From: an uncultured Candidatus Saccharibacteria bacterium
GTDB taxonomy: Bacteria > Patescibacteriota > Minisyncoccia > Minisyncoccales > JAGMDC01
NCBI GenBank assembly: GCA_964615205.1
Contig: CAZTQA010000001.1
Location: 128,510-192,509, forward strand
Length of the DNA: 64,000 nt
Direction: 5' to 3'
Shown here: one piece after another, positions 10,099-19,206 of the stretch
How the letters are laid out: each line of letters starts with the position of its first letter
Position numbering within the stretch: position 1 is the stretch's first letter
The notes under the pieces: model-generated
Databases searched by the model: none
What the model saw: only the letters and a program-made list of their open reading frames with translations
What the model was told of the DNA's origin: nothing
Position numbers and translations under genes: made by a program

Positions 10099-10833
10099 AT
10101 GTCTAACGGAATTCATTTATCAGTAATCATACCGGCGTATAAAGAGGAAAAAAGGATTCCTGAAACCTTAAAGGAGGTTGATAAATATTTATCAAAGCAG
10201 GTTTACGGTTATGAAATTATTGTTGTCTGCGATGGTTCTCCGGATAGAACAGCTGAAGTAGTCCAGAAGATGACAAAAGACATTAAAAACCTGCGCTTAA
10301 TTGATAACAAAGAAAATCACGGCAAAGGTTATGTGGTCAGGCAAGGTTTATTGGAAGCTAAAGGAAAATTTCGCCTTTTTATGGATGCGGATAATTCCAC
10401 ATCCGTGGACCAGGTGGAAAAGATGTGGCCTGAATTTGAAAAAGATTTTGGGGTTGTTATCGGATCTAGGGATATTAAAGGAGCTGTTTTGGAACCGGCC
10501 CAGCCCTGGTGGCGCATAACGCTGGGTAATACCTATAATCTTATTGTACAGATTATTTCCGGACTTTGGGGAATCTGGGATACCCAATGCGGTTTTAAGG
10601 GTTTTACAGCCAAAGCTGCAAAGGATATTTTTTCCAAATGCCAAATTAATCGTTTTTCTTTTGACGTTGAGGTATTGGTTACAGCCAAAAAGATGGGCTA
10701 TAAAATAAAAGAAATTCCAGTTACTTGGAAAAATGATTTATCTAGTACAGTTGGTTTTAAATCAATGTTTAAGATGCTTGTTGAGGTTTTTCAAATTAGA
10801 TGGAATTTGATAACAGGAAAATATAATCTATGA
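10099..10833 (+). CDS. family-2 glycosyltransferase (dolichyl/polyprenyl-phosphate hexosyltransferase-like)
   Basis: LSVIIPAYKEE... and a DAD (DxD) motif. The ORF track starts at 10057, inside map. I prefer ATG 10099, which lies 6 nt after TGgTATAAT. Confidence 0.75.
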   Translation: MSNGIHLSVIIPAYKEEKRIPETLKEVDKYLSKQVYGYEIIVVCDGSPDRTAEVVQKMTKDIKNLRLIDNKENHGKGYVVRQGLLEAKGKFRLFMDADNSTSVDQVEKMWPEFEKDFGVVIGSRDIKGAVLEPAQPWWRITLGNTYNLIVQIISGLWGIWDTQCGFKGFTAKAAKDIFSKCQINRFSFDVEVLVTAKKMGYKIKEIPVTWKNDLSSTVGFKSMFKMLVEVFQIRWNLITGKYNL

Positions 10834-11891
10834 TAGATTTTTCTAAAAAAACTCTTACTTGTGATATTCCGAAATTTCCTTCAGAATTACGTTTTGATTT
10901 AGCTTCCAGGGATTGGGTTATTATTGCCACTGGCAGAGCCCGACGTCCGGAAACTTTTAAAAAGGAAAGGAGAAAAATAGAAAAAGTTTCTAAAAAGAAT
11001 TGTCCTTTTTGCCAAGTTCATACCCAAGAAATACCCACTCTTATTTTTTCTCAAGGCAAGAGATTAGATTTTAAGCCCACTCAAAAAATTCCTGAAGATT
11101 GGACTACCATTGTTGTACCCAATAAATTTCCAGCTTTTATTCCTTGCGCTGAACTAAACAAACAAATTGAGGTAAGAATGTTTGAGAAAATGAATGCAGT
11201 TGGTTTTCATGAAGTGGTTATCACTCGCGATCATAAAAAACAAATAAGCCAATTTTCTGTAGAAAAAATAAAAGAAGTCATAGATGTTTACCAGGCAAGA
11301 TATTTAAGTTTAATGAAAGAAAAATTTGTCCATTATGTTTCTATTTTCCATAATCATGGAATAGAAGCAGGAGCTTCCATAGCGCATCCTCATTCCCAAA
11401 TTATTACTTCTCCTCTTATTGATACAGATTTAAAAACTGCTATTAGCGATTCTAAAAAATTTTGGAAAAAGAATAAAAAATGCGTTTATTGTTTACTAGC
11501 TGAACTAGAATCAAAGAAAAAAGTAAGAGTGGTCTTTGAAAATGAAGGATTTCTGGTTATTTGTCCTTTTGCTTCCAAAATGGCTTTTGAAACAATTATT
11601 ACACCTAAAAAACATTCAGCTTATTTTGAAAAAATTACAGAGAAAGAAAAATGGCTTTTAGCTGAAGCTTTTCAACAAGCCACTAACCGGCTTTATAAGG
11701 CACTGGGAGATCCGGCTTATAATTTTTATTTACATACCGCTCCCTGCGACAAAAAAAAATATGAGTATTATCACTGGCACTGGACAATCTTGCCTAAAAC
11801 TTCTACTTGGGCTGGATTTGAAATAGGCACGGGTATGGAAATTTCCACTATTGAGCCAGAAAAAGCAGCCCAATATTTAAGAAAACAATGA
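10830..11891 (+). CDS. galactose-1-phosphate uridylyltransferase-like HIT-family enzyme
   Basis: CPFCQ zinc motif and HPHSQI (HxHxQ) active-site motif, twice-repeated half-barrel layout; 353 aa. Confidence 0.7.
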   Translation: MIDFSKKTLTCDIPKFPSELRFDLASRDWVIIATGRARRPETFKKERRKIEKVSKKNCPFCQVHTQEIPTLIFSQGKRLDFKPTQKIPEDWTTIVVPNKFPAFIPCAELNKQIEVRMFEKMNAVGFHEVVITRDHKKQISQFSVEKIKEVIDVYQARYLSLMKEKFVHYVSIFHNHGIEAGASIAHPHSQIITSPLIDTDLKTAISDSKKFWKKNKKCVYCLLAELESKKKVRVVFENEGFLVICPFASKMAFETIITPKKHSAYFEKITEKEKWLLAEAFQQATNRLYKALGDPAYNFYLHTAPCDKKKYEYYHWHWTILPKTSTWAGFEIGTGMEISTIEPEKAAQYLRKQ

Positions 11892-12346
11892 TTTTAGAAT
11901 TAAAAACATTTTTATTAGCCATGACTCCCTTGGGAGAACTGCGCTTGTCTATTCCTATTGCTTTGACTAGTTATCAGCTTTCTGTATGGTCTGCTTATCT
12001 CATTTCTGTTTTTGGTAATATAGTTCCGGCTATTTTTATTCTTTTGTTCTTGGAATCTTTTCTTAAACATGTAAAGGAAAAATCTCCTTTTTTGCATAAT
12101 TTTTTAAATTGGGTCTTTGTAAGAAATGAAAATAATCACAGAAAGAAATTTGAATATTGGAAGGAATTGGCCCTGGTAATCTTAGTAGCTATTCCCTTGC
12201 CTTTTACCGGTGCATGGACTGGTGCTATCTGCTCTTTTATTTTCCGAATTCCTTTTAAAAGAGCCGTTCCTTTGATATTCTTAGGCGTTCTTATCGCAGG
12301 AGCGTTAGTTACGTTATTCACCTTAGGCATACTACATTTATTTTAA
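11888..12346 (+). CDS. small multi-pass membrane protein (putative small multidrug-export family, PF06695-like)
   Basis: LGELRLSIPIAL and PLPFTGAWTGA motifs; 4 hydrophobic segments. Confidence 0.55.
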   Translation: MILELKTFLLAMTPLGELRLSIPIALTSYQLSVWSAYLISVFGNIVPAIFILLFLESFLKHVKEKSPFLHNFLNWVFVRNENNHRKKFEYWKELALVILVAIPLPFTGAWTGAICSFIFRIPFKRAVPLIFLGVLIAGALVTLFTLGILHLF

Positions 12347-12356
12347 ATATTAATCT

Positions 12357-14660
12357 ATGACTAAAAAAAAGAAAAATATACTTTTGTTTAGAGAAATTTC
12401 TAAAGAGGACGTAGCTTTAGTAGGAGGTAAAAATGCTTCTTTAGGCGAGATGTTCTCTAATTTGACTAAAAAAGGCATTAATATTCCTGATGGTTTTGTT
12501 TTAACCTCAAAAGCATACTGGTATTTTTTAAAAGCAAACAAAATTGATAAAGAATTAAAAGAAATTTTTAAGAATTTTAATTCCACAAATTTAGAATCTT
12601 TAAAAAAAACAGGCAAAGCAGCCCGAGAATTAATTTTAAAATCAGAAATTCCCCAAGACTTGAAAAAAGAAATTTTTAAAAACTATAAAAAACTTTCTCA
12701 AAAATACAACCAAGAAAATTTAAGCGTGGCTGTCAGAAGTTCAGCTACAGCCGAGGACTTGCCCAGCGCTAGTTTTGCTGGTCAACACGAAACCTATTTA
12801 AATATTTCCGGACAGGAAGAACTTTTAGTAGCTATTAAAAAATGTTTATCCTCTCTTTTTACTGACCGAGCTATTGCTTATCGCGAAGAAAAAGGATTTG
12901 ATCATATTAAAATTGCTCTTTCAGTAGGTATCCAAAAAATGATTCGTTCTGATTTAGCTTCAGCTGGAATCATTTTTACTTTAGACACAGAAACTGGTTT
13001 TCAGAATGTGGTTTTAATTAATTCTATCTATGGAGTTGGCGAGATGATAGTTAAGGGCAAGATTACGCCAGATGAGTTTTACGTTTTTAAGCCGACTCGA
13101 GCCATAATCTCAAAAAATTTAGGCAGAAAAAATAAAAAATACATTTATAATCAAAAAGGAGGCTTAAAAGAAGTTAAGGTTCCAGAAAACCAGCAGATAA
13201 AATTTAGTTTAACTGATCAAGAAATTTTATTTTTAGCTAAATGGGCTTGCCAGATTGAAGAACACTATCAGATACCTCAAGATATTGAGTGGGCAAAAGA
13301 CGGAATTTCCGGCCAATTATTTATTGTTCAAGCTAGGCCAGAAACAATTTACGCTTCTGAAAAAGAAACTAGTTATCAAGAATATGAAATTCAGACGAAA
13401 AAAGAACCTATTTTAAAAGGTATTGCTATAGGTAATAATATAGGACAGGGAAAGGTGCGAGTTATAGAAAATGTTTCTAAAATTTCTCAATTTAAAAAGG
13501 GAGAAGTTTTAGTGACCAAGATGACTGATCCTGATTGGATGCCAATTATGAGACTAGCTTCGGCTATTGTTACTGAAGAAGGTGGCAAAACGTGTCATGC
13601 AGCCATTATTGGCAGGGAGTTGGGAGTAACAGCAATTGTTGGTGCAAAGATGGCAACTAAAGTTTTAAGAACAGGGGAGATGGTCACCGTAGATTGTACC
13701 CAGGGTTTAAATGGTAGGATTTTTTCAGGAAAAATTCCTTTTAAAGTTAAAAGCTATAATTTAAAAAAAATACCTAAACTTAAGACTAAGATAATGATTA
13801 ATATCGGAGCTCCGGAAATCGCTTTTAAAACTTCGTTCCTTCCCAATGACGGAGTAGGATTAGCCAGAGAAGAATTTATTATTGCTGAAAAAATAAAAGT
13901 TCATCCTTTAGCTTTAAATAACTCCAAAGAAAAAAGACAGTATTTTATTGATAAATTAGCTGAAGGTATTGCTCAAATTGCGGCTGCTTTTTATCCTAAA
14001 GAGGTAATTTTGCGTTTTTCTGATTTTAAGAGTAATGAATATAAAAATCTTATTGATGGTCAATTATTTGAAGGAGAAGAGGCTAATCCAATGTTGGGAT
14101 TTAGAGGCGCTTGCCGCTACCTAGACAAAGATTTTCAGCCTGCTTTTAAAATGGAATGCCAGGCCATAAAAAAAGTCAGAGAGGAGATGGGATTGAAAAA
14201 TCTTACCTTAATGGTTCCTTTCTGCCGAACAGTGGAGGAAGGGAAGAAAGTTTTAGATCTGATGAAAAAATTCGGTTTAGAGAAAGGCAAAGACGGATTG
14301 AAAGTTATTGTTATGTGTGAAATTCCTTCTAATGTAATTCTGGCTGAAGAATTTTTAGAAATTTTTGATGGCATGTCTATTGGCAGTAATGATTTAACCC
14401 AATTAGTTTTAGGTTTAGACCGAGACAATGCTAAGATTGCTTATATTGGCGATGAAAGAAACGAAGCAGTCAAAAAAATGATCAGCCGAGTTATTAAACT
14501 CTGCCGTCAGAAAAAGAAATACTGTGGTATTTGTGGTCAGGCACCAAGTGATTTTCCAGATTTTGCTCAATTTTTAATGCAGGAAGGAATTGAAAGTATT
14601 TCTCTGAACCCGGACAGCGTTGTCAAAACCATTTTTAAATTATCCAAAAAAAAGTTATAA
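12357..14660 (+). CDS. ppsA: phosphoenolpyruvate synthase (pyruvate, water dikinase)
   Basis: 767 aa; N-terminal ATP-grasp (VGGKNASLGEM), phosphohistidine motif GGKTCHAAIIGRELG, C-terminal PEP-utilising TIM domain. Confidence 0.9.
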   Translation: MTKKKKNILLFREISKEDVALVGGKNASLGEMFSNLTKKGINIPDGFVLTSKAYWYFLKANKIDKELKEIFKNFNSTNLESLKKTGKAARELILKSEIPQDLKKEIFKNYKKLSQKYNQENLSVAVRSSATAEDLPSASFAGQHETYLNISGQEELLVAIKKCLSSLFTDRAIAYREEKGFDHIKIALSVGIQKMIRSDLASAGIIFTLDTETGFQNVVLINSIYGVGEMIVKGKITPDEFYVFKPTRAIISKNLGRKNKKYIYNQKGGLKEVKVPENQQIKFSLTDQEILFLAKWACQIEEHYQIPQDIEWAKDGISGQLFIVQARPETIYASEKETSYQEYEIQTKKEPILKGIAIGNNIGQGKVRVIENVSKISQFKKGEVLVTKMTDPDWMPIMRLASAIVTEEGGKTCHAAIIGRELGVTAIVGAKMATKVLRTGEMVTVDCTQGLNGRIFSGKIPFKVKSYNLKKIPKLKTKIMINIGAPEIAFKTSFLPNDGVGLAREEFIIAEKIKVHPLALNNSKEKRQYFIDKLAEGIAQIAAAFYPKEVILRFSDFKSNEYKNLIDGQLFEGEEANPMLGFRGACRYLDKDFQPAFKMECQAIKKVREEMGLKNLTLMVPFCRTVEEGKKVLDLMKKFGLEKGKDGLKVIVMCEIPSNVILAEEFLEIFDGMSIGSNDLTQLVLGLDRDNAKIAYIGDERNEAVKKMISRVIKLCRQKKKYCGICGQAPSDFPDFAQFLMQEGIESISLNPDSVVKTIFKLSKKKL

Positions 14661-14678
14661 TAAAACATAATTCTAATC

Positions 14679-14723
14679 TACGAATAAATACGAATGCTAC
14701 GAATAAATACGAATGCTACGAAT
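14679..14723. repeat. five phased copies of TACGAAT (two and a half 19-nt tandem units)
   Basis: TACGAAT begins at 14679, 14689, 14698, 14708 and 14717 (spacing 10/9/10/9). An inverted ATTCGT lies at 14749-14754. The array sits between the ppsA stop and the fbp start. Confidence 0.9.
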
Positions 14724-14766
14724 AATATTTATTTGTACATTTGTATAAATTCGTGATTAGCGGAAT

Positions 14767-15867
14767 ATGAGAACAACTTTATCTATCATTAAAGCTGATA
14801 TTGGCAGCATCGGCGGACACATTAAACCCAGTCAGGCTCTTTTAGGAGCTGTGGCAGACTATATCCAAAAAAAAGGAAAAAAACTCATTATTGATTATTA
14901 TATTGCCCATACGGGTGATGATATAGCCATTTTAAGCACTCATACCAGAGGAGCTTCGGATGAAAAGATTCATGAGCTTTGCTGGAATGCCTTTATAGCT
15001 GGAACGGAAGAGGCTAAAAAACAAGGTCTTTATGGAGCTGGTCAGGATCTGTTAAAGGATACCTTTTCTGGGAATGTGAGAGGAATGGGGCCCGCAGTGG
15101 CAGAAATGGAAATAGAAGAAAGACCAGCCGAACCATTTTTAATGTTCGCTGCTGACAAAACTGAACCGGGCGCATATAATCTTCCTCTTTTTCTTTCTTT
15201 TTGCGATCCTATGCATACTGCGGGATTGATTCTTTCTCCACGCTTAAAACAAGGTTTTAAGTTTAGAATTATGGATGTAGCTTATGCTGAAGCCAATAAA
15301 GTTATTGAGTTGAATTCCCCAGAAGAAATATATGATATTGCCGCTCTTTTGAGAGACAATGGAAGATTTGTGGTAGAAAGCATTTGGTCTCGGGCCAGCG
15401 GAGAACAGATAGCTTCTGCCAGCACTACCAGATTACATAACATTGCCGGAAAATATGTTGGTAAAGATGATCCTGTTTTATTAGTCAGAAGCCAGAAAGA
15501 TTTTCCAGCTACAGGTGAAATTCTTTCACCTTATACTATCGGTCATTACGTAGCTGGTTTTATGAGAGGAAGTCATAACGGGCCTTTAATGCCAGTTAAA
15601 GAAAATTCTACTATTTCTTTCTTTGACGGACCTCCGGTTGTTTCTTGCCTTGCTTTTTCTGTTAAAAATGGTAAATTGACAGAGCCAGCAGATGCTTTTG
15701 ACCATCCTTACTGGGATTATGTAAGAGATAATGTTTCCAGAAAAGCAGAAGAAATAAGGAGGCAGGGATTTTCCGGCGCAGCTATGTTGCCCATGACTGA
15801 ATTAGAATACACCGGAGTTATGGAAACCTTAGACAAATTAGAAAAGAGGTTCGAGATTGAAGGATAA
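14767..15867 (+). CDS. fbp: bifunctional fructose-1,6-bisphosphate aldolase/phosphatase (class V, archaeal type)
   Basis: N-terminus MRTTLSIIKADIGSIGGH... and the ~366-aa length match the FBP aldolase/phosphatase family as I recall it. Confidence 0.8.
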   Translation: MRTTLSIIKADIGSIGGHIKPSQALLGAVADYIQKKGKKLIIDYYIAHTGDDIAILSTHTRGASDEKIHELCWNAFIAGTEEAKKQGLYGAGQDLLKDTFSGNVRGMGPAVAEMEIEERPAEPFLMFAADKTEPGAYNLPLFLSFCDPMHTAGLILSPRLKQGFKFRIMDVAYAEANKVIELNSPEEIYDIAALLRDNGRFVVESIWSRASGEQIASASTTRLHNIAGKYVGKDDPVLLVRSQKDFPATGEILSPYTIGHYVAGFMRGSHNGPLMPVKENSTISFFDGPPVVSCLAFSVKNGKLTEPADAFDHPYWDYVRDNVSRKAEEIRRQGFSGAAMLPMTELEYTGVMETLDKLEKRFEIEG

Positions 15868-15869
15868 AT

Positions 15870-16064
15870 ATGGCGAAGATTGTTTTAGACAAAGAAAAAT
15901 GTGTAGGATGCGGAGCTTGTCAGGCAATATGCCCTGAATATTTTGAAGTAGACAAAGACGGAAAATCTAAAGTTAGGAGAGAAGAAGTGGAAAAAGAAAA
16001 AATGAATTGCATTAGAGAAGCTATCGAAGGTTGTCCGACTCAATGTATTAAATTAGAAGAATAA
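15870..16064 (+). CDS. small single-cluster ferredoxin
   Basis: 64 aa; CVGCGACQAICP ... CPTQC cysteine pattern. Confidence 0.8.
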   Translation: MAKIVLDKEKCVGCGACQAICPEYFEVDKDGKSKVRREEVEKEKMNCIREAIEGCPTQCIKLEE

Positions 16065-16065
16065 A

Positions 16066-16752
16066 ATGTTAAAATTATCCGCCAAAGTTAAAAAAGAAAA
16101 CGAAAAAATAGAAGACCTTAAAAATAAGGGCTTTTTGCCTGCTGTTCTTTATGGACCTAAAATAAAGAATATCAATTTAGCAATGGATAAAAAAGAGTTT
16201 GAAAAAATATTTAACGAAGCTGGAGAAAGTTCTTTAATTGATTTAGGGGTAGAAGGCGATAAAAATAAATATTTAGTTCTTATCCATGATTTTCAACAAG
16301 ATCCAGTAAGCAATAATTTTATACATATTGATTTTTATCAGCCAGCCTTAGACGAAGAAACAGAGGCTACTGTGCCTTTGGAATTTATTGGTGAAGCACC
16401 GGCAGTAAAAGAATTGGGGGGTACTTTGGTTAAGAATTTAAAAGAAGTAGAAGTGAAAGCCCTACCTCAAAATCTTCCCCATAGCATAAAAGTTAATGTA
16501 GAGAAATTAAAAACCTTTGAGGATAGTTTTATGATTAAGGACTTAGTTCTTCCTCAAGAAGTGAAAATTGAGAGAGATCTGGAAGACATTATTGTTTTAG
16601 TTACTGCGCCTGAGAAAGTTGAAGAAGAATTAGAAAAGCCGGTAGAGGAAGGAGTCAAGGAGGTTGAAAGAGTGGGTGAAAAAGAAAAAGAAGAAAAAAA
16701 AGCCGCCGAAGCAGAGACAATTAAGGGAGAGAAAAAAAATGAAAGCAAATAA
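16066..16752 (+). CDS. rplY: 50S ribosomal protein bL25 (Ctc form) with acidic/K-rich tail
   Basis: GFLPAVLYGP..., two-domain Ctc length (228 aa). Confidence 0.85.
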   Translation: MLKLSAKVKKENEKIEDLKNKGFLPAVLYGPKIKNINLAMDKKEFEKIFNEAGESSLIDLGVEGDKNKYLVLIHDFQQDPVSNNFIHIDFYQPALDEETEATVPLEFIGEAPAVKELGGTLVKNLKEVEVKALPQNLPHSIKVNVEKLKTFEDSFMIKDLVLPQEVKIERDLEDIIVLVTAPEKVEEELEKPVEEGVKEVERVGEKEKEEKKAAEAETIKGEKKNESK

Positions 16753-18142
16753 TAATATCTTAAAACCCATAATTTTTCTCTTATGCTTTTTGGCATTAAT
16801 TTTGCCAATTTTTTATTTGTCAGCAAAAGAAGATTTGGAAGAAACTTGCCAGATAGAAAATATTGAAAAGAAAGAAAAAGAATTATCTAAAAAAGATTAC
16901 GAAGCTTTTTTAAAGAAATGCGAGACCTACTTTGTTGAAAAAAGCCAGGAAATAGAGAAGGATATTAATAAAACAGAAGCTGAAAAAGAGGACTTACAAA
17001 ATACTATTTCTAGCTTGAGAAAAAAGATTCAGAACTTAAATTATAAAATAAATGAAAGCAACTTGATTATTAAGGATCTTGGTCTTCAGATTGAAGATAC
17101 TGAATTATCCATAGACGAAACTACTTTGGAGATAGAAGATTTAGAGGAAAGATTAACAGAAATATTGAGAACCATTTACAAGGGAGATCAAAAGTCTTTG
17201 ATAGAGATTTTTATTTCTGAAGAAGAAATATCTGATTTCTTTGAGGATTTAGTAGCCTTAGAAATACTTAATGCCGAAAACCAGAAAATACTTGAAGACA
17301 TTAAGGATCTAAAATCTTATTTAGAGAATCAGAAAGTTTCTTTAGATGGAGAAAAAGAAGATAGAGAAAATACCCTAGCTGTTTATGCCCTGCAAAAGCA
17401 AGAAAATGATACGACCAAAAAAGAACAGGAATATCTTTTAAAACTAACCGAAAAAGAATATCAGAAATATCTTGCAGAGAAGGAGAAAGTAGACAAGACA
17501 GCGGCTGAAATAAGAGCTAGAATTTTTGAATTAGTAGGCATTACAGAAGCTCCTACTTTTGGAGAGGCATATGAAATTGCCAAATACGTTGAAAGTGTAA
17601 CCAATGTGCGTCCCGCTTTCCTTTTAGCCATTTTGACCCAAGAGTCAAACATTGGTAAAAATGTAGGCCAATGCTATTTAAAAGATACCAAAACTGGTGA
17701 CGGCATATATATTAAAAGCGGAAATACAGCTCCCAAAACTATGAGTCCTAAAAATATTCCTATTTTTGTAGAAATCACAAAAGAATTGGGAAGAGATCCA
17801 TTTGCCACACCGGTTTCCTGTTGCATGTATTATCAGGGTGAACCTTATGGTTGGGGAGGAGCTATGGGCCCGGCCCAGTTTATTCCCTCTACATGGAATC
17901 TCTATAGAGACAAAATAAAAGCCGTAACTGGCAGTCCGGCTGATCCTTGGAATATTAGAGATGCTTTCCTGGCATCAGGTATTTACTTAAAGGAATTGGG
18001 CGCTGCTAAGAATGAGTTTAGTGCTGCTATGCATTATTTCTCTGGCACTACTTGGACAAGTTACGAAGAGTTTTATGGCCGTTCTGTTTTAAACATGGCA
18101 GCGGGCTATGAAAAAGATATTGCTAAGATTGAATCTGAGTAA
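16739..18142 (+). CDS. secreted/anchored coiled-coil protein with C-terminal lytic transglycosylase (SLT_2/MltB-like) domain
   Basis: Signal/anchor MKANNNILKPIIFLLCFLALIL, a long heptad-rich middle, and C-terminal LTQESNIG...GAMGPAQFIPSTW. The start is moved from the track's 16664, whose poly-K extension reads through the rplY tail. Confidence 0.7.
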   Translation: MKANNNILKPIIFLLCFLALILPIFYLSAKEDLEETCQIENIEKKEKELSKKDYEAFLKKCETYFVEKSQEIEKDINKTEAEKEDLQNTISSLRKKIQNLNYKINESNLIIKDLGLQIEDTELSIDETTLEIEDLEERLTEILRTIYKGDQKSLIEIFISEEEISDFFEDLVALEILNAENQKILEDIKDLKSYLENQKVSLDGEKEDRENTLAVYALQKQENDTTKKEQEYLLKLTEKEYQKYLAEKEKVDKTAAEIRARIFELVGITEAPTFGEAYEIAKYVESVTNVRPAFLLAILTQESNIGKNVGQCYLKDTKTGDGIYIKSGNTAPKTMSPKNIPIFVEITKELGRDPFATPVSCCMYYQGEPYGWGGAMGPAQFIPSTWNLYRDKIKAVTGSPADPWNIRDAFLASGIYLKELGAAKNEFSAAMHYFSGTTWTSYEEFYGRSVLNMAAGYEKDIAKIESE

Positions 18143-18884
18143 GTTTCTTAACGACCGGTTCCATATGTCCGTCTAATATTTTCTCAATATTGTGCCATGA
18201 CTTTTTTATACGGTGATCAGTAATTCTATCTTGAGGAAAGTTATAGGTTCTGATTTTTTCCGCTCTCATCGCCCAGCCAATCTGGGATTTTCTTTCCCCG
18301 CCTATTTTTTCCTGTTCTTCTATTTGTTTTTTTTCCAATAAGCGCGCTTCTAAAACACTTAGAGCGTTTTCTTTGTTTTCTAACTGGTTTCTTTCTGTTT
18401 GGCAGGTAACTGTAATCCCTGTAGGAATATGAGTTACCCTGACAGCTGTTTCCCTTCGGTTAACATACTGTCCACCTGCACCAGAAGAACGGTAAAAATC
18501 AATTTTCAATTCATCAGGCCTTATATTAATCTGGGCTTTCTTTGACTTAGGGAGGACAGCTACTGTAGCTGTAGAAGTGTGAATTCTTCCTCCCTTTTCT
18601 GTTTTGGGAATTCTTTGAACTCTGTGGACACCGGCTTCGTATTTCAATTTATCCCAGGCCTCTGGACTTTTTACTTCAAAGATAACGCTTTTGTAACCTC
18701 CTAATTCGGTTCTTTGAGAATCCAAGATTTTCTGCTTCCATTCTTTATTTTCAGAATACCTGCTGTACATCCTAAATAAATCAGCAGCAAAAAGGGCGGC
18801 TTCTTCGCCACCAGTGCCTGCCCGGATTTCTATAATCGTAGAAGAAATCTCCGGCTCTATATTTGTAGTTTGATTTTCCTCCAT
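18123..18884 (-). CDS. prfA: peptide chain release factor 1-like, lacking N-terminal domain 1
   Basis: GGQ motif (SSGAGGQYVN), RF1-type tripeptide region RIPKTEKGGRIHTS, EIRAGTGGEEAALFAADLFRMYSRY. It is only 253 aa and starts where E. coli RF1 is at about residue 100. Confidence 0.8.
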   Translation of the reverse strand: MEENQTTNIEPEISSTIIEIRAGTGGEEAALFAADLFRMYSRYSENKEWKQKILDSQRTELGGYKSVIFEVKSPEAWDKLKYEAGVHRVQRIPKTEKGGRIHTSTATVAVLPKSKKAQINIRPDELKIDFYRSSGAGGQYVNRRETAVRVTHIPTGITVTCQTERNQLENKENALSVLEARLLEKKQIEEQEKIGGERKSQIGWAMRAEKIRTYNFPQDRITDHRIKKSWHNIEKILDGHMEPVVKKLTQIQS

Positions 18885-18885
18885 A

Positions 18886-19107
18886 CTATTTCTTTTTTTT
18901 GACTTGTTTTTTAGCTAAGCGTTTGCGGAATTTTTCCACTCTTCCAGCTGTATCTACCATTTTTTCTTTACCAGTATAAAAAGGATGGCATTGAGAACAG
19001 ATTTCAATTTCAATCAATTCCTTAGTTGAGCCAATATTAAAAACATTTCCGCAGGCGCAGCGGACTTGAGCGTTTTCATAGTATTTCGGATGTATCTCTT
19101 TTTTCAT
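18886..19107 (-). CDS. rpmE: 50S ribosomal protein bL31 (zinc type)
   Basis: MKKEIHPKY..., CACGN...[10 protein letters not shown]. Confidence 0.95.
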   Translation of the reverse strand: MKKEIHPKYYENAQVRCACGNVFNIGSTKELIEIEICSQCHPFYTGKEKMVDTAGRVEKFRKRLAKKQVKKKK

Positions 19108-19114
19108 ATATTTT

Positions 19115-19142
19115 ATATTAACAAAATCCTTTGAAAAATCAA
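19115..19142 (-). promoter_or_regulatory. putative rpmE-prfA promoter (TTGATT-16-TAATAT, 7 nt before ATG)
   Basis: Read on the minus strand: agggTTGATTtttcaaaggattttgtTAATATaaaatatATG. Confidence 0.55.
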
Positions 19143-19168
19143 CCCTTCGGCAAGCTCAAGGCAGGCTC

Positions 19169-19197
19169 TTGATTAATTTTAGAGGCAGTGATATATT
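19169..19197 (+). promoter_or_regulatory. putative rpsB promoter (TTGATT-17-TATATT, 9 nt before ATG)
   Basis: Hexamers at 19169-19174 and 19192-19197; divergent from the rpmE promoter. Confidence 0.5.
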
Positions 19198-19206
19198 ATA
19201 AGTATT

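Noticed and set aside
16664-16738. Poly-lysine N-terminal extension (MKEWVKKKKKKKKPPKQRQ...) of the 16664-18142 ORF.
   Set aside because: It is an alternative-frame reading of the A-rich 3' end of rplY. The signal-peptide-like start at ATG 16739 fits far better.
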